From Squalus acanthias (lineage: Eukaryota), in contig CM059431.1 of NCBI GenBank assembly GCA_030390025.1, forward strand, positions 135,720,001-135,784,000: 64,000 nucleotides of DNA, given 5' to 3'. The translations under genes and the position numbers were made by a program. The notes beneath the pieces were generated by a model. It ran no database searches, was not told where the DNA came from, and saw only the letters and a list, made by a program, of their open reading frames with translations. Positions 49,595-62,890 of this stretch are shown here, in pieces. Each line of letters starts with the position of its first letter. Positions within the stretch are counted from its first letter, which is position 1.

Positions 49595-50510
49595 TTTCAT
49601 TGCTGTTCTTGATATATATTAATGACTTAGACTTGGGGGTACAGGGCACAATTTCAAAATTTGCAGATGACACGAAACTTGGAAGTGACGAAGATCATAA
49701 TAGACTTCAAGAGGACATAGATGAAATGGGCAGATAAAATTCAATGCAGAAAAATGTGGAGAGACCATACACAATGGTACAATTTTAAAGGGGGTGCAAG
49801 AAGAGAAAGACTTGGGGTGTTTGAGTACAAATCCTTGAAGGTGGCAGGACAGATTAACAAAGCACTTAATAAAGCATATGGGATCCTGAGCTTTATAAAT
49901 AGAGGCAGAGAGTACAAAAGCCAGGACGTTATGCTAAACCCATATAAAACACCAGTTCACCCCCAGCTGGAGTATTGTGTCCAATTCTGGGCACCACGCT
50001 TTAGGAAGGACGTGAAGGCTTTGGAGAGGGTACAGAAGAGGTTTACTAGAATGTTACCAGGAATGAGGGATTACAGTTATGTTGAAAGACTGGAGAAGCT
50101 GAAGTTCTCCTTAGAGCAGAGAAGGCTAAAAGGAGATGTGATAGATGTTTTTAAATCATGAAGGATTTAGACAGAGTAAATAAAGAGAAACTGTTTCCAA
50201 TGGCTGAAGGGGATAATAATGAGAGGGCACAGATTTAAGGCGATTGGCAAAGAACCAGAGGCGACATGAGGAAAACTTTTTTACGCAACGAGTGGTTAGG
50301 ATTTGGAATGCCCTGCCTGATAGGGTGGTGGATGCAGATTCAATAGTAGCCTTCAAAAGGGAATTGGATAAATACCTAAGGAGAAAAAAATTGCAGGGAT
50401 ATGGGGAAAGAGCGGGGGAGTGGGAATATCTGGATTGCTCTTCGAAAGAGTAGGCGCAGACTCGATGGGCCGAATGGCCACCTTCTATGCTGTACTATTC
50501 TATGATTCTA
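49595..50510 (+). mobile_element. Degenerate CR1 3' portion
   Basis: YINDLD, KFADDT, QLEYCVQFW, and a TTCTATGATTCTA tail. Confidence 0.9.
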
Positions 50511-50728
50511 TAATTCATCCGTGACTTGCTTAATGCATCTGTGCAGAGCTGATTTGCTAATTTTAGTGATGTCTCCAATTTCACCCTGTGGAATAGAAGT
50601 TGTGAGTGGTTGTGACCTGTACAGCCAAAGGTAGTGTGGAGCCTGTAGTGGATCTGGGGTGTAGATCAGATTGCAGCATGTGGCATAATTCACCTTGTTT
50701 TGTAAAGCAAAGCTTTTGCTGACACTTC

Positions 50729-53236
50729 GGGCTTGATTTTAATTCCCGGGCCGGGTTGGAGTCGGGTTGCGTGGTGGGCGGTTTAATGATCTTGTGAGAA
50801 CATCAAAAGTGAGTATCCCATCTCACTTGACTTCACTCTGCTTCCCTTCTCTTCTCATCACCTGCACTCTGCTTTGGAAGCCTCCTCCTTCACATCCCAC
50901 CTTACTCTTAATTCCCTTGCACCCTTTCCTATCCATCTCTGTCTCTGCACTGAATCACTTCAGCATCCTGCCTATGCACCCTGTAGACTCGCTCTCACTG
51001 TCTTGCAGTGACAACAACTAACAATGCACAGGGAGCTACCTTCCTCTTGGCACCTTACCCCATCTTTGTCTCACTCAAATCTTCTATGGTAGGGATTAAT
51101 CACACTCACTCCATCACTGTGGCTGAAACACCGCTTGTGTCCCTCCTTGCAGGAAAAGATAGCCCACAATAAGAGGGAGAGAGCAATGACTGGAGGAGGA
51201 ACAGCTTCCCTTGCAGCATTGACCAGTGCTGAGGAGGCAGCAAACGAGGTTGTTGGAGGTGGCGAGGACCTGGAAGTGGGTGATGGGGAGACAGGCACAC
51301 TAGAGGAAGCTGGTGACATCATAGATTTTCATCCCTCTCATAAAGCAATGCAATAATGTGTTCATAGAGAATTGCTTTGTATCATCTGCTCAAAAGGATG
51401 TGTCTGCTACATCAATAGCAGATGTCTAATTCAAGCCTTTACTTTCCCACAGGACCATCAAGTGCCCCCCTCCCCACGATCCAGGACGAAGACTCGGACA
51501 TCTCCTCAGAGGAACCTGAAGCCTCTGAGGGAGCAGCGTCACCAAGACTCAGTGCACCCAGCACCAGTGCAGCAACGCACACCTCAGTGGGGCCATCGCG
51601 AGTTAGAGTAGTGTTGCCACCTGGTCTATCACAGCGCACAAGTGAGCATCAGCAGATGGTGGAGACAGCGACAGCAGTGAAGAGTCCTCGGCGGAGGTTG
51701 CAGGACTCTCCTAGCTTGGCTGAGCTGCATGCAGACGCTGTGCCTCTGGGGCCATCCAGAAAAAGAGCATTTTGTGAAATACAGGAATAAGTGCAGGTGT
51801 CTCTGCAAGGGTTTGCCTCCAGGGTTAATGTGAGTGTGGAGAGAATGGAGGAGTCCATCTCTAACATCAGCACTGCCGTGGTGGAGGCAATGGCGCATGA
51901 ACGCACCACCATGGATAGGATGGCAACCTCCTTGGTAAGGATGGCTATATCAGTGGAAAAGATGGCTACGGCCATGGAGGAAATAAGTCGCCAGAGTCAG
52001 GAAAACATGGTGACTGTTCAGAATAGAATGTCATCTCTGGAGGAGCGATGGGCAGCTATTGAGCAGAGAGACCAGAGCTTCATGGACGTCCTTTTGAGGA
52101 GGACTGCCAGTGCAGATACAGGTCCTCATCGTCCCCCTGATGTGCAGCAAGGTGCTGTCCAGCCATTTGCCAGCACTGAGGTGTGGCTGACCCATGAGAG
52201 GGATGTTGTTGGCAGGACAGAAGGAAGTGTGGGCTCCTCTCAAAGCGCTCGTACGACCATGCCACTACGGAGCCCTCGGTCAGAGACCCACTTTGCAGAG
52301 ACAACTGAGATGGCCATTTCAGCCCCTGCACAGCTGCAGGAAGAGCAGACTGTTGAAGAGCCCTCCCAGGCTCCCAAACCCAGAGGACGCCCGCCAAAGG
52401 CGTTTAAGCAGGTAGAAGTGATAGGAAATAAGAGGGTATAGCAGAGATGAAGTATGACGTTGGACAAGTGTCGCCTGCAATTACAGAGCCATATGGTGGC
52501 CACCTATAGTCAAAGAGTAAGCTTACGGTAGTGTGGCATGGCAGTGTGCATACCCTGGTTGACGGGCAGCAGTGAACTGGAAGGATGCTGCATTGGTCAC
52601 AACAGGGCATGCAAGGCTCCCTCGTCCTCCTCCTACTCCTCTTCCCTGGAGGATATGTGGTGAGCCACGCGGATGAGAGGGCATAAATGTTTTCCATCCC
52701 CTTGCTATAGATTTCATTTGAGGTAACAATCTTGCAAGCGCACAGTCGAAGTGGCCTGAAATAATTCCATTCAGGTCATACTGCAGATGGGTGTCAGCTT
52801 GAACAGTCACAAGGTCAGTAGACGTGCAAAATCTTATCCCAAACCTCCAACAGCAAAGTTGTTGCATTTGAATGTCAGCAATGTTTCAGGGGCGCTTTTA
52901 AAGTGCTCCACCAATGCAAACAAATCATGTCCTCCAGTAACTCGTCTCCTTGAACCTGGCCTGTTTCTGACTAGTCGGGAAACAGGAGCCAGTAGCAGGA
53001 AAATAGGAAACCACTGTGAAAATAGGATTAGCAAGGCAGTTAACAAGCTGTTAACTGCCGTAACTACCTGTCCTACCGGTTGGAGACGGGTCAGTTTGGG
53101 AGCAGCTAAACAAACACTCAGGAAAATCGGGTGGGGGCGGGATGGAGGCGGGTTGGGTGTCTGAAGCCATTTTTCCCGATTTTCCCAACAGACCCGCCTC
53201 CAAACCCACCTCCTCAGGGCTATTAAAATCGAGCCC
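50729..53236. mobile_element. Non-autonomous Harbinger retaining most of the Myb-like gene (+)
   Basis: TIR GGGCTTGATTTTAAT / ATTAAAATCGAGCCC (14/15), no matching TSD. FNDLVRTSK|GTGAGT; TTGCAG|EKIAHNKRERAMTGGG at about 51153; CCACAG|GACC at about 51454; long exon to about 52440. Confidence 0.82.
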
Positions 53237-53984
53237 ATGGTATCCTCTCTGAAATAGGGAGGGGAGAGAAAATTACAGCTGCACACCAAGCAGTAGAAAG
53301 ACAAATTTTCAAAGTAGTTCACAACAATTTAAAAAAAAATCTCCAAAATCCATTGAGAAATAAGGATTTTGCAAAGCTTCAAAATATATTTGCTGGGCTC
53401 AATAAATTCACTTCTGCCTTTATATCCGTGCCTAGCAACTCCAGACACCCATTTTATACAGGTGGGCACTTGACTCAGCTGTAATGAGGTGAAGATAACA
53501 GAAAATTAGATGTATGATATCAGAGTATTATTACAAATTAATTTCCATTCAACTACTCAAAAACGGACACGCGTTTCTCCCCACCAATGGGCAGAAAAGT
53601 CGGCACAGTTCCAGTGAGGAGAGACTTCTGCCCAATTTCCATTCCCAGCTGCCCATTTCACATTGCTACAACATGTGGCTGGGAGCACAATGTATTGACT
53701 TAAAAGATGAATTGCAAGAGGGCCAAAATGTTTTCATAAATGTGTGTTCTGGAAGAATAAACATAAAAATGGAAATGAATCTAACATTATTTTACTCACT
53801 AGTATAGAGCTCTATCCAGCTCTGTTACAGCGAGTGGGACACTGAAGCTTACTGATGGAAATAGAATCAGAGGCCGGAATTTTCCGGCTGCCGTGCATGC
53901 GGGATTGGAGGCGGGTCAGGAGTGAAAGTTGAAATAAATCGGAACGGGTCGGGAACCCACTGTCATCCCGCCTCCTCGCGGCAT

Positions 53985-54727
53985 CTCGCAGTTGGCCGTC
54001 CACAGATGCATTACACAGGTGACCGATGCCCTGTTTGACAAGTCAGACAATTATATCAACTTTGCCACTGATGTTAGTGTTAGTGAGTGTGCGCTCAGCT
54101 CTGGCTGGCTTCCCACGGGTGCAAGGCATCATCGACTGCACACATGTGGCCATCAAGGCACCCCATCATCACCCAGGAGTCTTTGTGAACCGTAAGGGCT
54201 TCCACTCCCTCAATGAGCAGCTCGTCTGCAACCATAGGAAGATCATCATGCATGTGTGCGCCAAATTCTCTGGCAGCTGCCATGACTCTTTCATCCTGTG
54301 CCAGTCCACCCTCCCTCAGCTTTCCAGCTGGCTGCTTGGAGACAAGGACTATCCACTGAATGAGTGGCTCATGGCACCCTTGAGGAGGCCAAGTACTGAG
54401 GCCGAGGAGAGATATATGGGCTGAATTTTGTCTTGGGGTTGGGTTGGGGTCGTGTCATCCGCATTTCGTGTTCCCCCCCCCCCGACTCCAGATTAATGTG
54501 GATGAATGATGCAATTTTCACTTAATTGGGCAATTGAGTTCCAGCATGTGGGAACCCATGAACCAATTAGTGGTTTCAGTCTGAAAGTCGCCTCTGATGA
54601 TGTCATCATTCCTGCTGCATTGCAGGTGAGAGACTGTCTACCTGGTCTCAGAGACTGTCTGGCTGTTGCTGAGAGAGGACCTGCCTGGCTTTTGATGTGA
54701 TTGGACCTGGATGCAAAATTGATATGT

Positions 54728-54758
<31 letters not shown>

Positions 54759-55563
54759 AGAGAATTTTTTTGCATCCAAGTCCTCTCACAGCAAAGGCCA
54801 GGCAGTCTCTGAACACATTCAATGCAGCAGCATCAGAGGCGACTTTCAGACCTAATACTACTACTACCTTCATCACATCTCCGTTGTAATAGTGGACCTG
54901 CAGCCGATAGTCAGCTATCCACTTGTGCTCCCGCCAGGTTTCACTGGAGTGTTTCACACCAGGCGTACTTCACGTCAGAAAAGGGTTAAACTAGCTACAA
55001 CGTTTCAAAATGGCATTACAGAGCCAATTTAGAGTTTGTTAAGGGCTTTAATGGCCTCTCCCGCCTCTTGGAGGCGGGACGGAGTCGGGAACCCCTGTGA
55101 CTGATTTTGTCAAAATTGCGTGGAGGCAGGATGGAGTCGGGATGGGGTCGGGACCCCCGACCCCGCAAATTTAACCCCCCACACGCCTCCAAACCCGACT
55201 CCATGGGTCATTCAAAATCCAGCCCATAATGTCCAACAGATGTGTCATAGAGCAGACAATAGGCATGCTTAAAATGCGCTTCAGATGCCTTGACAGATCT
55301 GGAGGAGCCCTTCAGTATGCACCAGCCAGGGTCTCCAGAATCGTCATCTGCAGTGCCCTGCACAACATAGCACAGCAGCGAGGATTAGCGCTGCATGAGT
55401 AGCAAGGCTCTGAGCACACAGCCTCTTCAGAGGAGGAGGACGAGCGTCAACTGGAAGATGAGGAAGAGGAGTAGGAGGAACATGCGGTCCAGATCCCACC
55501 AGCACCCAAGCACATTGCTGCCCGGGAGGCCTGGGATGGGCTCATCATGACCAGATTTACTTA
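53985..55563 (+). pseudogene. Harbinger (HARBI1-like) transposase, interrupted by MITE C
   Basis: [48 protein letters not shown] and EAEERY, then after the MITE TRCVIEQTIGMLKMRFRCLD and LHNIA. Confidence 0.92.
54418..55225. mobile_element. MITE family C, copy 2 (inverted relative to copy 1)
   Basis: TIR GGGCTGAATTTTG / CAAAATCCAGCCC. Reverse complement of 34471-35226. Confidence 0.92.
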
Positions 55564-55863
55564 ACTTCAGGCATTACACCCATATGGCTGCCATATGCTG
55601 TGCCAGGTTGGCACCACCCCACAGCAACACCATAAAGCATCCCTACAATGACCAGGCCATTCCTTTCACACTGACAACCATTGCTGGAGGTAACGTTATG
55701 TCTCACCATTCACTCCAACTCACTAAGCCACTTCCAAAGTTGCAGACAAAATTGGCCATGACTGGAAAGTGGTGAAAATAAATAGTTTTATCTGTGATAT
55801 AATATTAACGGAAGCTTAACACAAACAATTATTAAAACAACCAAGTGCTTACCCTTGTGCATC

Positions 55864-57672
55864 TACCAGTGTGTCTTTTTTATTTTACGTGTGCCTCTAC
55901 GAGGTGCTACCCCTGTGGCTTCAGCAGAGGTAGAGGCAGCCTGCTCACTTCCCTGCTGCAACTACATAGACACTTTTGGCGGACGTCCTCTGGGTCTTGG
56001 AGCCTGTGATGGCCCCACCAAAGTCTGCTACTCCTGTGACTGTGCAGGGGCAGACTCGGCCATCTCGATCCCAGGAGGCATCTGGGGCCCTGACTGAGGG
56101 GGATGCAATGGGGGAGAATGAGAAGAGCCTCCACTTCCATGTCCCCTCTCATCGTCATCCCTCTTATGGGCCACCCGCACTTCCCTGCTAGCAAGGAGCT
56201 GGAGAGCGCCTTGCAGCACAGCAGTGGGGCCATGAGGACCCAAGTCTACGTTGGCATCCCTCCTAGAGAGGAGGTCTATGAGCCTCTGCCATCTATTCTC
56301 CATAGAGACCACGTGCTCCAGAGAGTGGCGCTTTAGCTGCTCCATGCAGGTGGCCACCCTTTCCATTGCCTGAGACACGGTGGTGTTCATGTTGGAGATG
56401 GACTCCTCCATTCTCTGAACATTTGCAGACATCATGCTCGCAAAATCTGTCAAAGCCTCCTCCACTTCTTGCTGCACCTCCAGGATCGCCCTCTTTCTGG
56501 ATGGCCCCCGAGGCTCAGCGTCTGCATGCAGCTGAGCAGAGCTGTGAGCGTCCTGCGCCCTCCGGCGAGGAGTCTCCACTGCTGTCCCTGTCTCCACCAT
56601 CTGCTCTTGCTGGCTTGTGACACACCAGGTGACAACACTACTCTATCTCGCGTGGGACCCACCGAGGTGTGCATAGCTGTGCTGGTGCTGGGTGCGCTTA
56701 TGTCTGGCGATGGTGCGCCCTCAGAGGCTGGAGGCTCCTCTGAGGAGTCATCTTCCTCTTCCTCCTAGACAGTGGGGGGGACTCTTGATGGACCTGTGGG
56801 AGAGTAAAGAGATGATTTAGAAATTTCATGTCAAGAATGATTTAAATACCATTATGCAAATAATGAACATTCACTGGCTACTGACATCAATCCCCATATG
56901 AGTGACTGCTGTATGCCATGTGGCTGTAAGAGATGTAATTCTTTCACCAGGTTGCTGAGATGTCCCACCTCCAGCTGCTCTGCAACTCCTGAGACTTCCA
57001 GGGCGACCTCGCCTGCTGCAGTTAACATGGTTAATGATGGAGGGCCACCTCCGGTTCACTCCCTCTCCCTCTTATTGTGGGCTCTCTTCTCTGCAAGGAG
57101 GGAAAGAAGAGAAGTTTGAGTGAGAGTGATGGAATGAGTGTAAGGAATGGATGGGTAACATCTTTAGAGAGTGACTATGATGGAGTGGGGTGTCAATGCC
57201 AAATGGCCTCCTTGTGTGGTGTTCCTTGGTATGATTTCATTAGGATGAGGGTGAGTGTGAAGGGTGTTTATTCAGATGGGGATGTGATAATGTAGATAGA
57301 GAGAGAGGGATGAGTGGACATGCAAGATATGTTGGTGTGAGTAAGGATGTGCAGGAACAGGTTTAGGAAGGCCGAGTGATGGAGATGTGATGAGAGGCAC
57401 AGTGGGATGAAGTTGAGTGTGGCTTTGCACTCACCTTTCCTGATCTAATGAGACCATTGAAGCGTTTCAGCACTGCACCCAGGTCCTCCTCACAACATCC
57501 CTGCTGTTCACCTCCTCTGCTATCTCCAACCAACCTCGTTTGGTCTCTTGGGGAGGTCTCTTGTGCCCATCAGAAGGAAAGAGGACCTCCCTGCGTGCCC
57601 TCACTCCCTCCACAAGCATATAGAGCGAGTCATCTGAGAACCAGGGTGCAGCCTCTGCCTCTGTGCAGTCAT
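55864..57672 (-). pseudogene. Harbinger Myb/SANT-like gene, three exons, degenerate
   Basis: Exon 1 57672-57435 (FSDDSLYMLVEGVRARREVLFP...KRFN) ends AAG|GTGAGT. Exon 2 about 57090-56949 (KRAHNKRER..TGGG). Exon 3 runs from about 56793 and is homologous to 51454-52400. Confidence 0.78.
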
Positions 57673-58765
57673 GTTTTCAAGGCTTACCAAGACCGAAATG
57701 CTCTAATACAGTGCCTGCACAATCCTCGATGAACCTTCAAATGCAATGTGGCCAAGGCTCCTTTAAATATCCCAGCTGGAAATGAGTCATCGATGACATC
57801 ACCTGACCTGCACCATTTAATACGACCGGGTAATGCGCAGGGCTGCCTTAATAGGCACCATTAAGGGAAAGTCACTCATAGAAGCGGCATGAAATGAGGA
57901 ACGGGGTCCCGACCCACCATGCCAACCGCCCGCACACAACCCGCCCAGGTAAACAAAATTCCGGCCAGGGCATTTGGTAATATGGTCTTACCGTCAGCAC
58001 TTTAAGGCACCTGGGACAGCTTATTAAATTTTTCAAGAGTTGATGAGGAAAGTCACCAAGGCTAAGATGTCCTTTTCAGCCAGACAGTTTGTGGCAACTG
58101 TTTCTCCAAGTGCCATTTCTCTCAATCTCCGATCTCTGACCAATCTTACTTGCTACCGGGCCAATGGGCATGACTGCCTGTTCATCGGGTCTGGCGAGAT
58201 TTTCGGAATGTGCCTCCTGTCCGCGAGAATATGTGGTCACAAGCAACAATTTGGCAGTACAATGCAACTTAATAGAAAGAATAGACATTGGCGGAAGTCA
58301 TGCCTTGATGACATCGGATGGAAAAGTTTTGATCTGTAGTCTCACAGTCCACTGGAGATGAGATTGGCATAATCTTGTCTGCACATGTGGAATTATAGTT
58401 TACGAACTTCATTGATGGAGGGCAGATTAATGGATGGCCAGAATCAGGAGACAAGAATTTTCAAGTGAGCTGCTTCAGCTAGATATATTTTGAAAAAATC
58501 TTCATTGTAAGAAGATCCAGAGTAAATCAGCACTCTAGTAAGTTGCTTGTTTTGGTTATGCCCTTCATTTCAGTTACACCTTTTTATTGAAAAAAGTTGA
58601 CAATTTTTACCTTTTAAAGCCAACTAGGGTTTTATATAATTCACACAATATTCTTGGCAATTGTTTAACGTTAAAGCATCACTGCCAGCCCAAAATAATG
58701 AAAGCTATCATAAAAAATAAGAGTCCTAGATGTCTTTTATCCAGTGATATTTGGAGACAAACAAT

Positions 58766-59522
58766 GGCCGTGAATTTGCAGTCCGGATGACGGCAAACTG
58801 GCAGCGTTCGCCATCATTCCGCCTTTGAAGCTGATCTCAACTTTGGGATTTAGCGCATGCGCAGCCTAATGCAGAAATCCTGAAGTTGCGGTCTGTCATT
58901 CACTGCTCCTCCACAGGCTGTGCTGTGCCTCCCCCCCACCCCCACAGGGCCAGAAATCAGTGAAATCTCTCAAATCAGGGAAAATGACGAAAACTTTGGC
59001 TCTTCCGCAGTAATTACGCTGTTAAATTCCCCACTAAATGTTAAACCCAAAGGGATTAGGTTTAACTGGGGTTTTAACCACGTATTGACTGCTAAACAAA
59101 GGTTATGACCTGAAAAACTAAATTTAATTTTGTGCAGTGTCAAATTTATCCATTTTTATAAAAATTTAAATTTTTTTAAAACTTTAAAAAAAAAATTAAA
59201 GTTTATTCATCTTTATTTCAGGTTTGCCTTTTCCCTATGTGAGAGCCCAAATTTTTGCTTTGCTCTCTCAGTAACATTTATAAACAGTTAGAATTTTAAG
59301 AGCTTACTCGCTTCCTTGTTCGCTGAATGTGAGAATTCTGCATTTTGATTGGCTGCTTAGACAGCATGTTGATGTCACAGCAGCTCACACTAGGGTTGAT
59401 GTGAATTACACGTCAAAAAACCCAAACTTCTCGACACAGTGATCGCGAGATCTTTGTGCGAAGCTTACTTCGAGGCCAGCGGCAAACGTCTTTGCTTCAC
59501 CGTTGACCGCAAATTCTGGGTC
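58766..59522. mobile_element. Harbinger-type MITE with AT-rich core
   Basis: Imperfect TIR GGCCGTGAATTTGCAGTC / GACCGCAAATTCTGGGTC, flanks AAT and TAT. Confidence 0.72.
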
Positions 59523-59896
59523 TATACCTCATGTTGGTCGTATTGCCCTAACCACCAGTAAATAGATTGAAAAGTTTCATCAGCATTGAAGATGCAAACT
59601 AGTGCAAGGATTTCGTCAGCTTATAACTATAGCTTTTGGTATTCCCTCCTTGGTTATTATTCCTCAGTTAGTCTGAATGACTATAACTATAACTCAAAGG
59701 ACAAGTGTAGCAGAAGCAGCCCTGACAAATGTATTTACTGTGTGTAAATCGAAGAAGGTTATTAGTTTGTAGCAGTTACTCTGTGTAGGTAATAATAAAT
59801 CTTTTTTTAATACAGTCAATTTGGCTGAAATTTCAGTGGAGTTATTTGACCCTCGACATTTGGCTGCATTCTTTTCTAAGCCACACATAGAAAAAG

Positions 59897-59958
59897 TTTT
59901 TTTTTTTAATTCGTTTATGGGATGTGGGCGTCGCTGGCAAGGCCAGCATTTATTGCCT
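59897..59958 (-). mobile_element. Tail-only insertion of the poly(A) LINE family seen at 3470-4976 (or its partner SINE)
   Basis: Reverse complement GGCAATAAATGCTGGCCTTGCCAGCGACGCCCACATCCCATAAACGAATT(A)n matches 4921-4976. Confidence 0.85.
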
Positions 59959-60295
59959 ATTAAAGTGTCCTACAAGCAATATATTGTGGAAAAAGTATTG
60001 TATATGGTTTATGTTAAAGTGAGAATCCTAAAACTGCACATGCTTGCAGAATTCCTAGTATATGAGAGCGGATATTTCTGATGAGCTGCTGTAAATTTCT
60101 ATATTAGGGGAGACTTTCCTCTGAATGTGCTACATGTAATGAGATTTTAAACCCATTTATACAGATTAGTTTGTGATTTTGTTATGTATAGTGCACAGTC
60201 CCTAAGTTTTCTCCACAATTTCAAAGTGCATGTTAGAAAGAAAGAAGGGCAAAATGAAAGAAGGAAAAAACAGAAAAAGAATGAACTTACATAAT

Positions 60296-61110
60296 GCGAG
60301 TTGTGGTAAATGGCTGTTTTTCAGACTGGAGGATGGTAGACAGTGGTGTTCCCCAAGGGTCAGTGCTGGGGCCACTGCTTTTTTTGATATATATAAATGA
60401 CCTGGATATTGGAATACAGAGTACAATTTCTAAATTTGCCGATGACACCAAACTTGGGGGTGTGGCAAACAGTGAGGATGATACCAATCGACTGCAACAG
60501 GACATAGAAAGGCTAGCAGAATGGGCAGACAAGTGGCAGATGGAATTTAATACAGACAAGTGTGAGGTGATGCATTTTGGCAGAAGGAACAGGGAGAGGC
60601 AATATACACTTAATGGCACAGTTTTAAAGAGTGTGCAGGGACAGAGGGACCTGGGAGTTAATATGCATAGGTCCCTGAAGGTGGCAGGACATATTGAAAG
60701 ATTGGTTAGCAAAGCATATGGGATCTTTAGATTCATAAATAGAGGTATTGAGTACAGAAGTAGAGAAGTTATGCTAAACCTTTATAAAGTGCTGGTTAGG
60801 CCACAACTGGAGTATTGCGTCCAGTTCTGGTCACCACACTTTAGGAAGGATGTGAATGCACTTGAGAGGGTGCAGAGGAGATTTACCAGAATGTTTCTGG
60901 GGATGGGGGATCTTAGCTACAAGGACAGGTTGGAGAAGCTGGATTTGTTTTCATTAGAGCAAAGGAGGTTGAGGGGTGATTTGATAGAGGTGTACAAGAT
61001 TATGACAGGTTCAGATAGGCTAGACCGGGGAAGGCTGTTCCCACAAGGATGGTACAAGGACTAGGGGGACACAGATTTAAGGTTTTGGGCAAGAGATACA
61101 GGGGAGAGGT
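60296..61110 (+). mobile_element. CR1 RT fragment, same subfamily as 18196-19010
   Basis: ORF 60294-61064 is nearly identical to ORFs 18156 and 18792. Confidence 0.93.
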
Positions 61111-62890
61111 GAGAAAGTGAGAAAGGATATTAGCTCAGAAAATCAAGATGTAGAATCAATCTGGGTGGAGCTAAGAAGTACCAAGGGGCAGAAAACATTG
61201 GTGGGCCTCCAAACAGTAGTGGTAATGTAGGGGACGGCATCAAACAGGAAATTAGAGATGCATGTAACAAGGGTACTACAGTAATCATGGGTGACTTTAA
61301 TCTACATATAGACTGGCCAAACCAAATTAGCAATAATACTGTGGAGGATGAATTCCTGGAGTGTGTACGAGATGGTTTTTTAGACCAGTACGTTGAGGAG
61401 CCAACTAGGTAACAGGCTATCCTAGATTGGGTATTGTGCAATGAGAAGGGGTTAATTAATAATCTTGTTGTGCGGGGTCCTTTAGGGAAGAGTAACCATA
61501 ACATGATAGAATTCTTCATTAAGATGGAAGGTGAAGAAGTCCAATCTGAAACTAGGGTCCTAAATCTAAACAAAGGAAACTACGAAGGTATGAGGAGGGA
61601 GTTGGCTATGATAGATTGGGGAGCTTCATTAAATGGCATGACGGTGGATCGGCAATGGCTAACATTTAAGGAACGAATGCATGAATTGCAACAGTTATAT
61701 ATTCCTTTCTGGTGCAAAAACACAAAAGGAAAAGCGGCCCAACCATTGCAAACAAAAGAAATTAAGGATAGTATTAGCTCAAAGAGGAGTCATATAAAGT
61801 TGCCAGAAAAAGTAGCAAACCTGAGGATTGGGAGCAGTTCAGAATTCAGCAAAAAAGACCAAGAGATTGATTAAGAGGGGAAAAGTAGAGTATGAGAGTA
61901 AACTTGCAAGGAATATAAAAGCAGAGTGTAAAAGCTTCGACATGTATGAAAAAAAAATGTAGGTCCCTTACAGTCAGAAACGGGAGAATTTATAATGGGG
62001 AACAAGGAAATGGCAGAGCAATTAAACAAATACTTTGGTTCTGTCTTCATGGTAGAGAACACAAATAACTTCCCCGAAATGCTAAGGAACTAAGGGCCTA
62101 GTGAGAAGGAGGAATTAAAGGAAATTAGTATTAGTAAAAAATTAGTGCTGGAGAAATTAATGGGACTGAAAGTTGATAAATCCCCAGGGCCTGATAATTT
62201 GCATCCCAAAGTACTAAAAGAGGTAACCATGGAAATAGTGGATGCATTGGTTGTCATCTTCCAAAATTCTATAGATTATTGAACAGTCCCTGCAGATTGG
62301 AGGGTGGCAAATGTAACCCCACTATTTAAAAAAGGAGGGAGAGAGAAAACAGGGAACTGCAGACCGGTTAGCCTAACATCAGTAGTAGGGAAAATGCAAG
62401 AGTCTATTATAAAGGATGTGATGACAGGACACTTAGAAAATATCAACGGGATTAGACAAAGTCAACATGGATTTATGAAATGGAAATGGTGTTTGACAAA
62501 CCTACTTGTGTTTTTTGAGGATGTAACTGGTAGAATAGATAAGGGAGAACCAGTGGATGTGGTGTATTTGGATTTTAAGAAGGACTTTAATAAAGTCCCA
62601 CATAAGAGGTTAGTGTGCAAAATTAAAGCACATGGGATTGGGGGTAATATACTGGCATGGATTGAAAATTGGTTAACAGACAGGAAAGAGAGAGTATGAA
62701 TAAATGGGTCTTTTTCGGGGTGGCAGGCGGTGACTAGTGGGGTACCGCAGGGATCAGTGCTTGGGCCCCAGCTATTCACAATATATATCAATGATTTGGA
62801 TGAGGGAACCAACTGTAATATTTCCAAGTTTGCTGACGACACGAAACTAGGTGGGATTGTGAGTTGTGAGGAGGATGCAAAGTGGCTTCA
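61110..62890 (+). mobile_element. Degenerate CR1 (EN to RT)
   Basis: ESIWVEL, MGDFN, ILDWVLCNE, QHGF and KFADDT, with stops and frameshifts. Confidence 0.92.

Larger units (their letters stand above)
53872..57966. mobile_element. Two-gene Harbinger transposon (5'-deleted transposase +, three-exon Myb-like gene -)
   Basis: Perfect 12-bp TIR GGCCGGAATTTT / AAAATTCCGGCC, flanks AGA and AGG. Confidence 0.9.

Noticed and set aside
53985..55563. Domesticated HARBI1 gene
   Set aside because: TIR-bounded, frameshifted, MITE-interrupted and multi-copy, so a transposon copy rather than the host gene.
60296..61110. Segmental duplication of 18196-19010
   Set aside because: Similarity is confined to CR1 sequence and the flanks differ. 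Independent insertions of one subfamily are sufficient.
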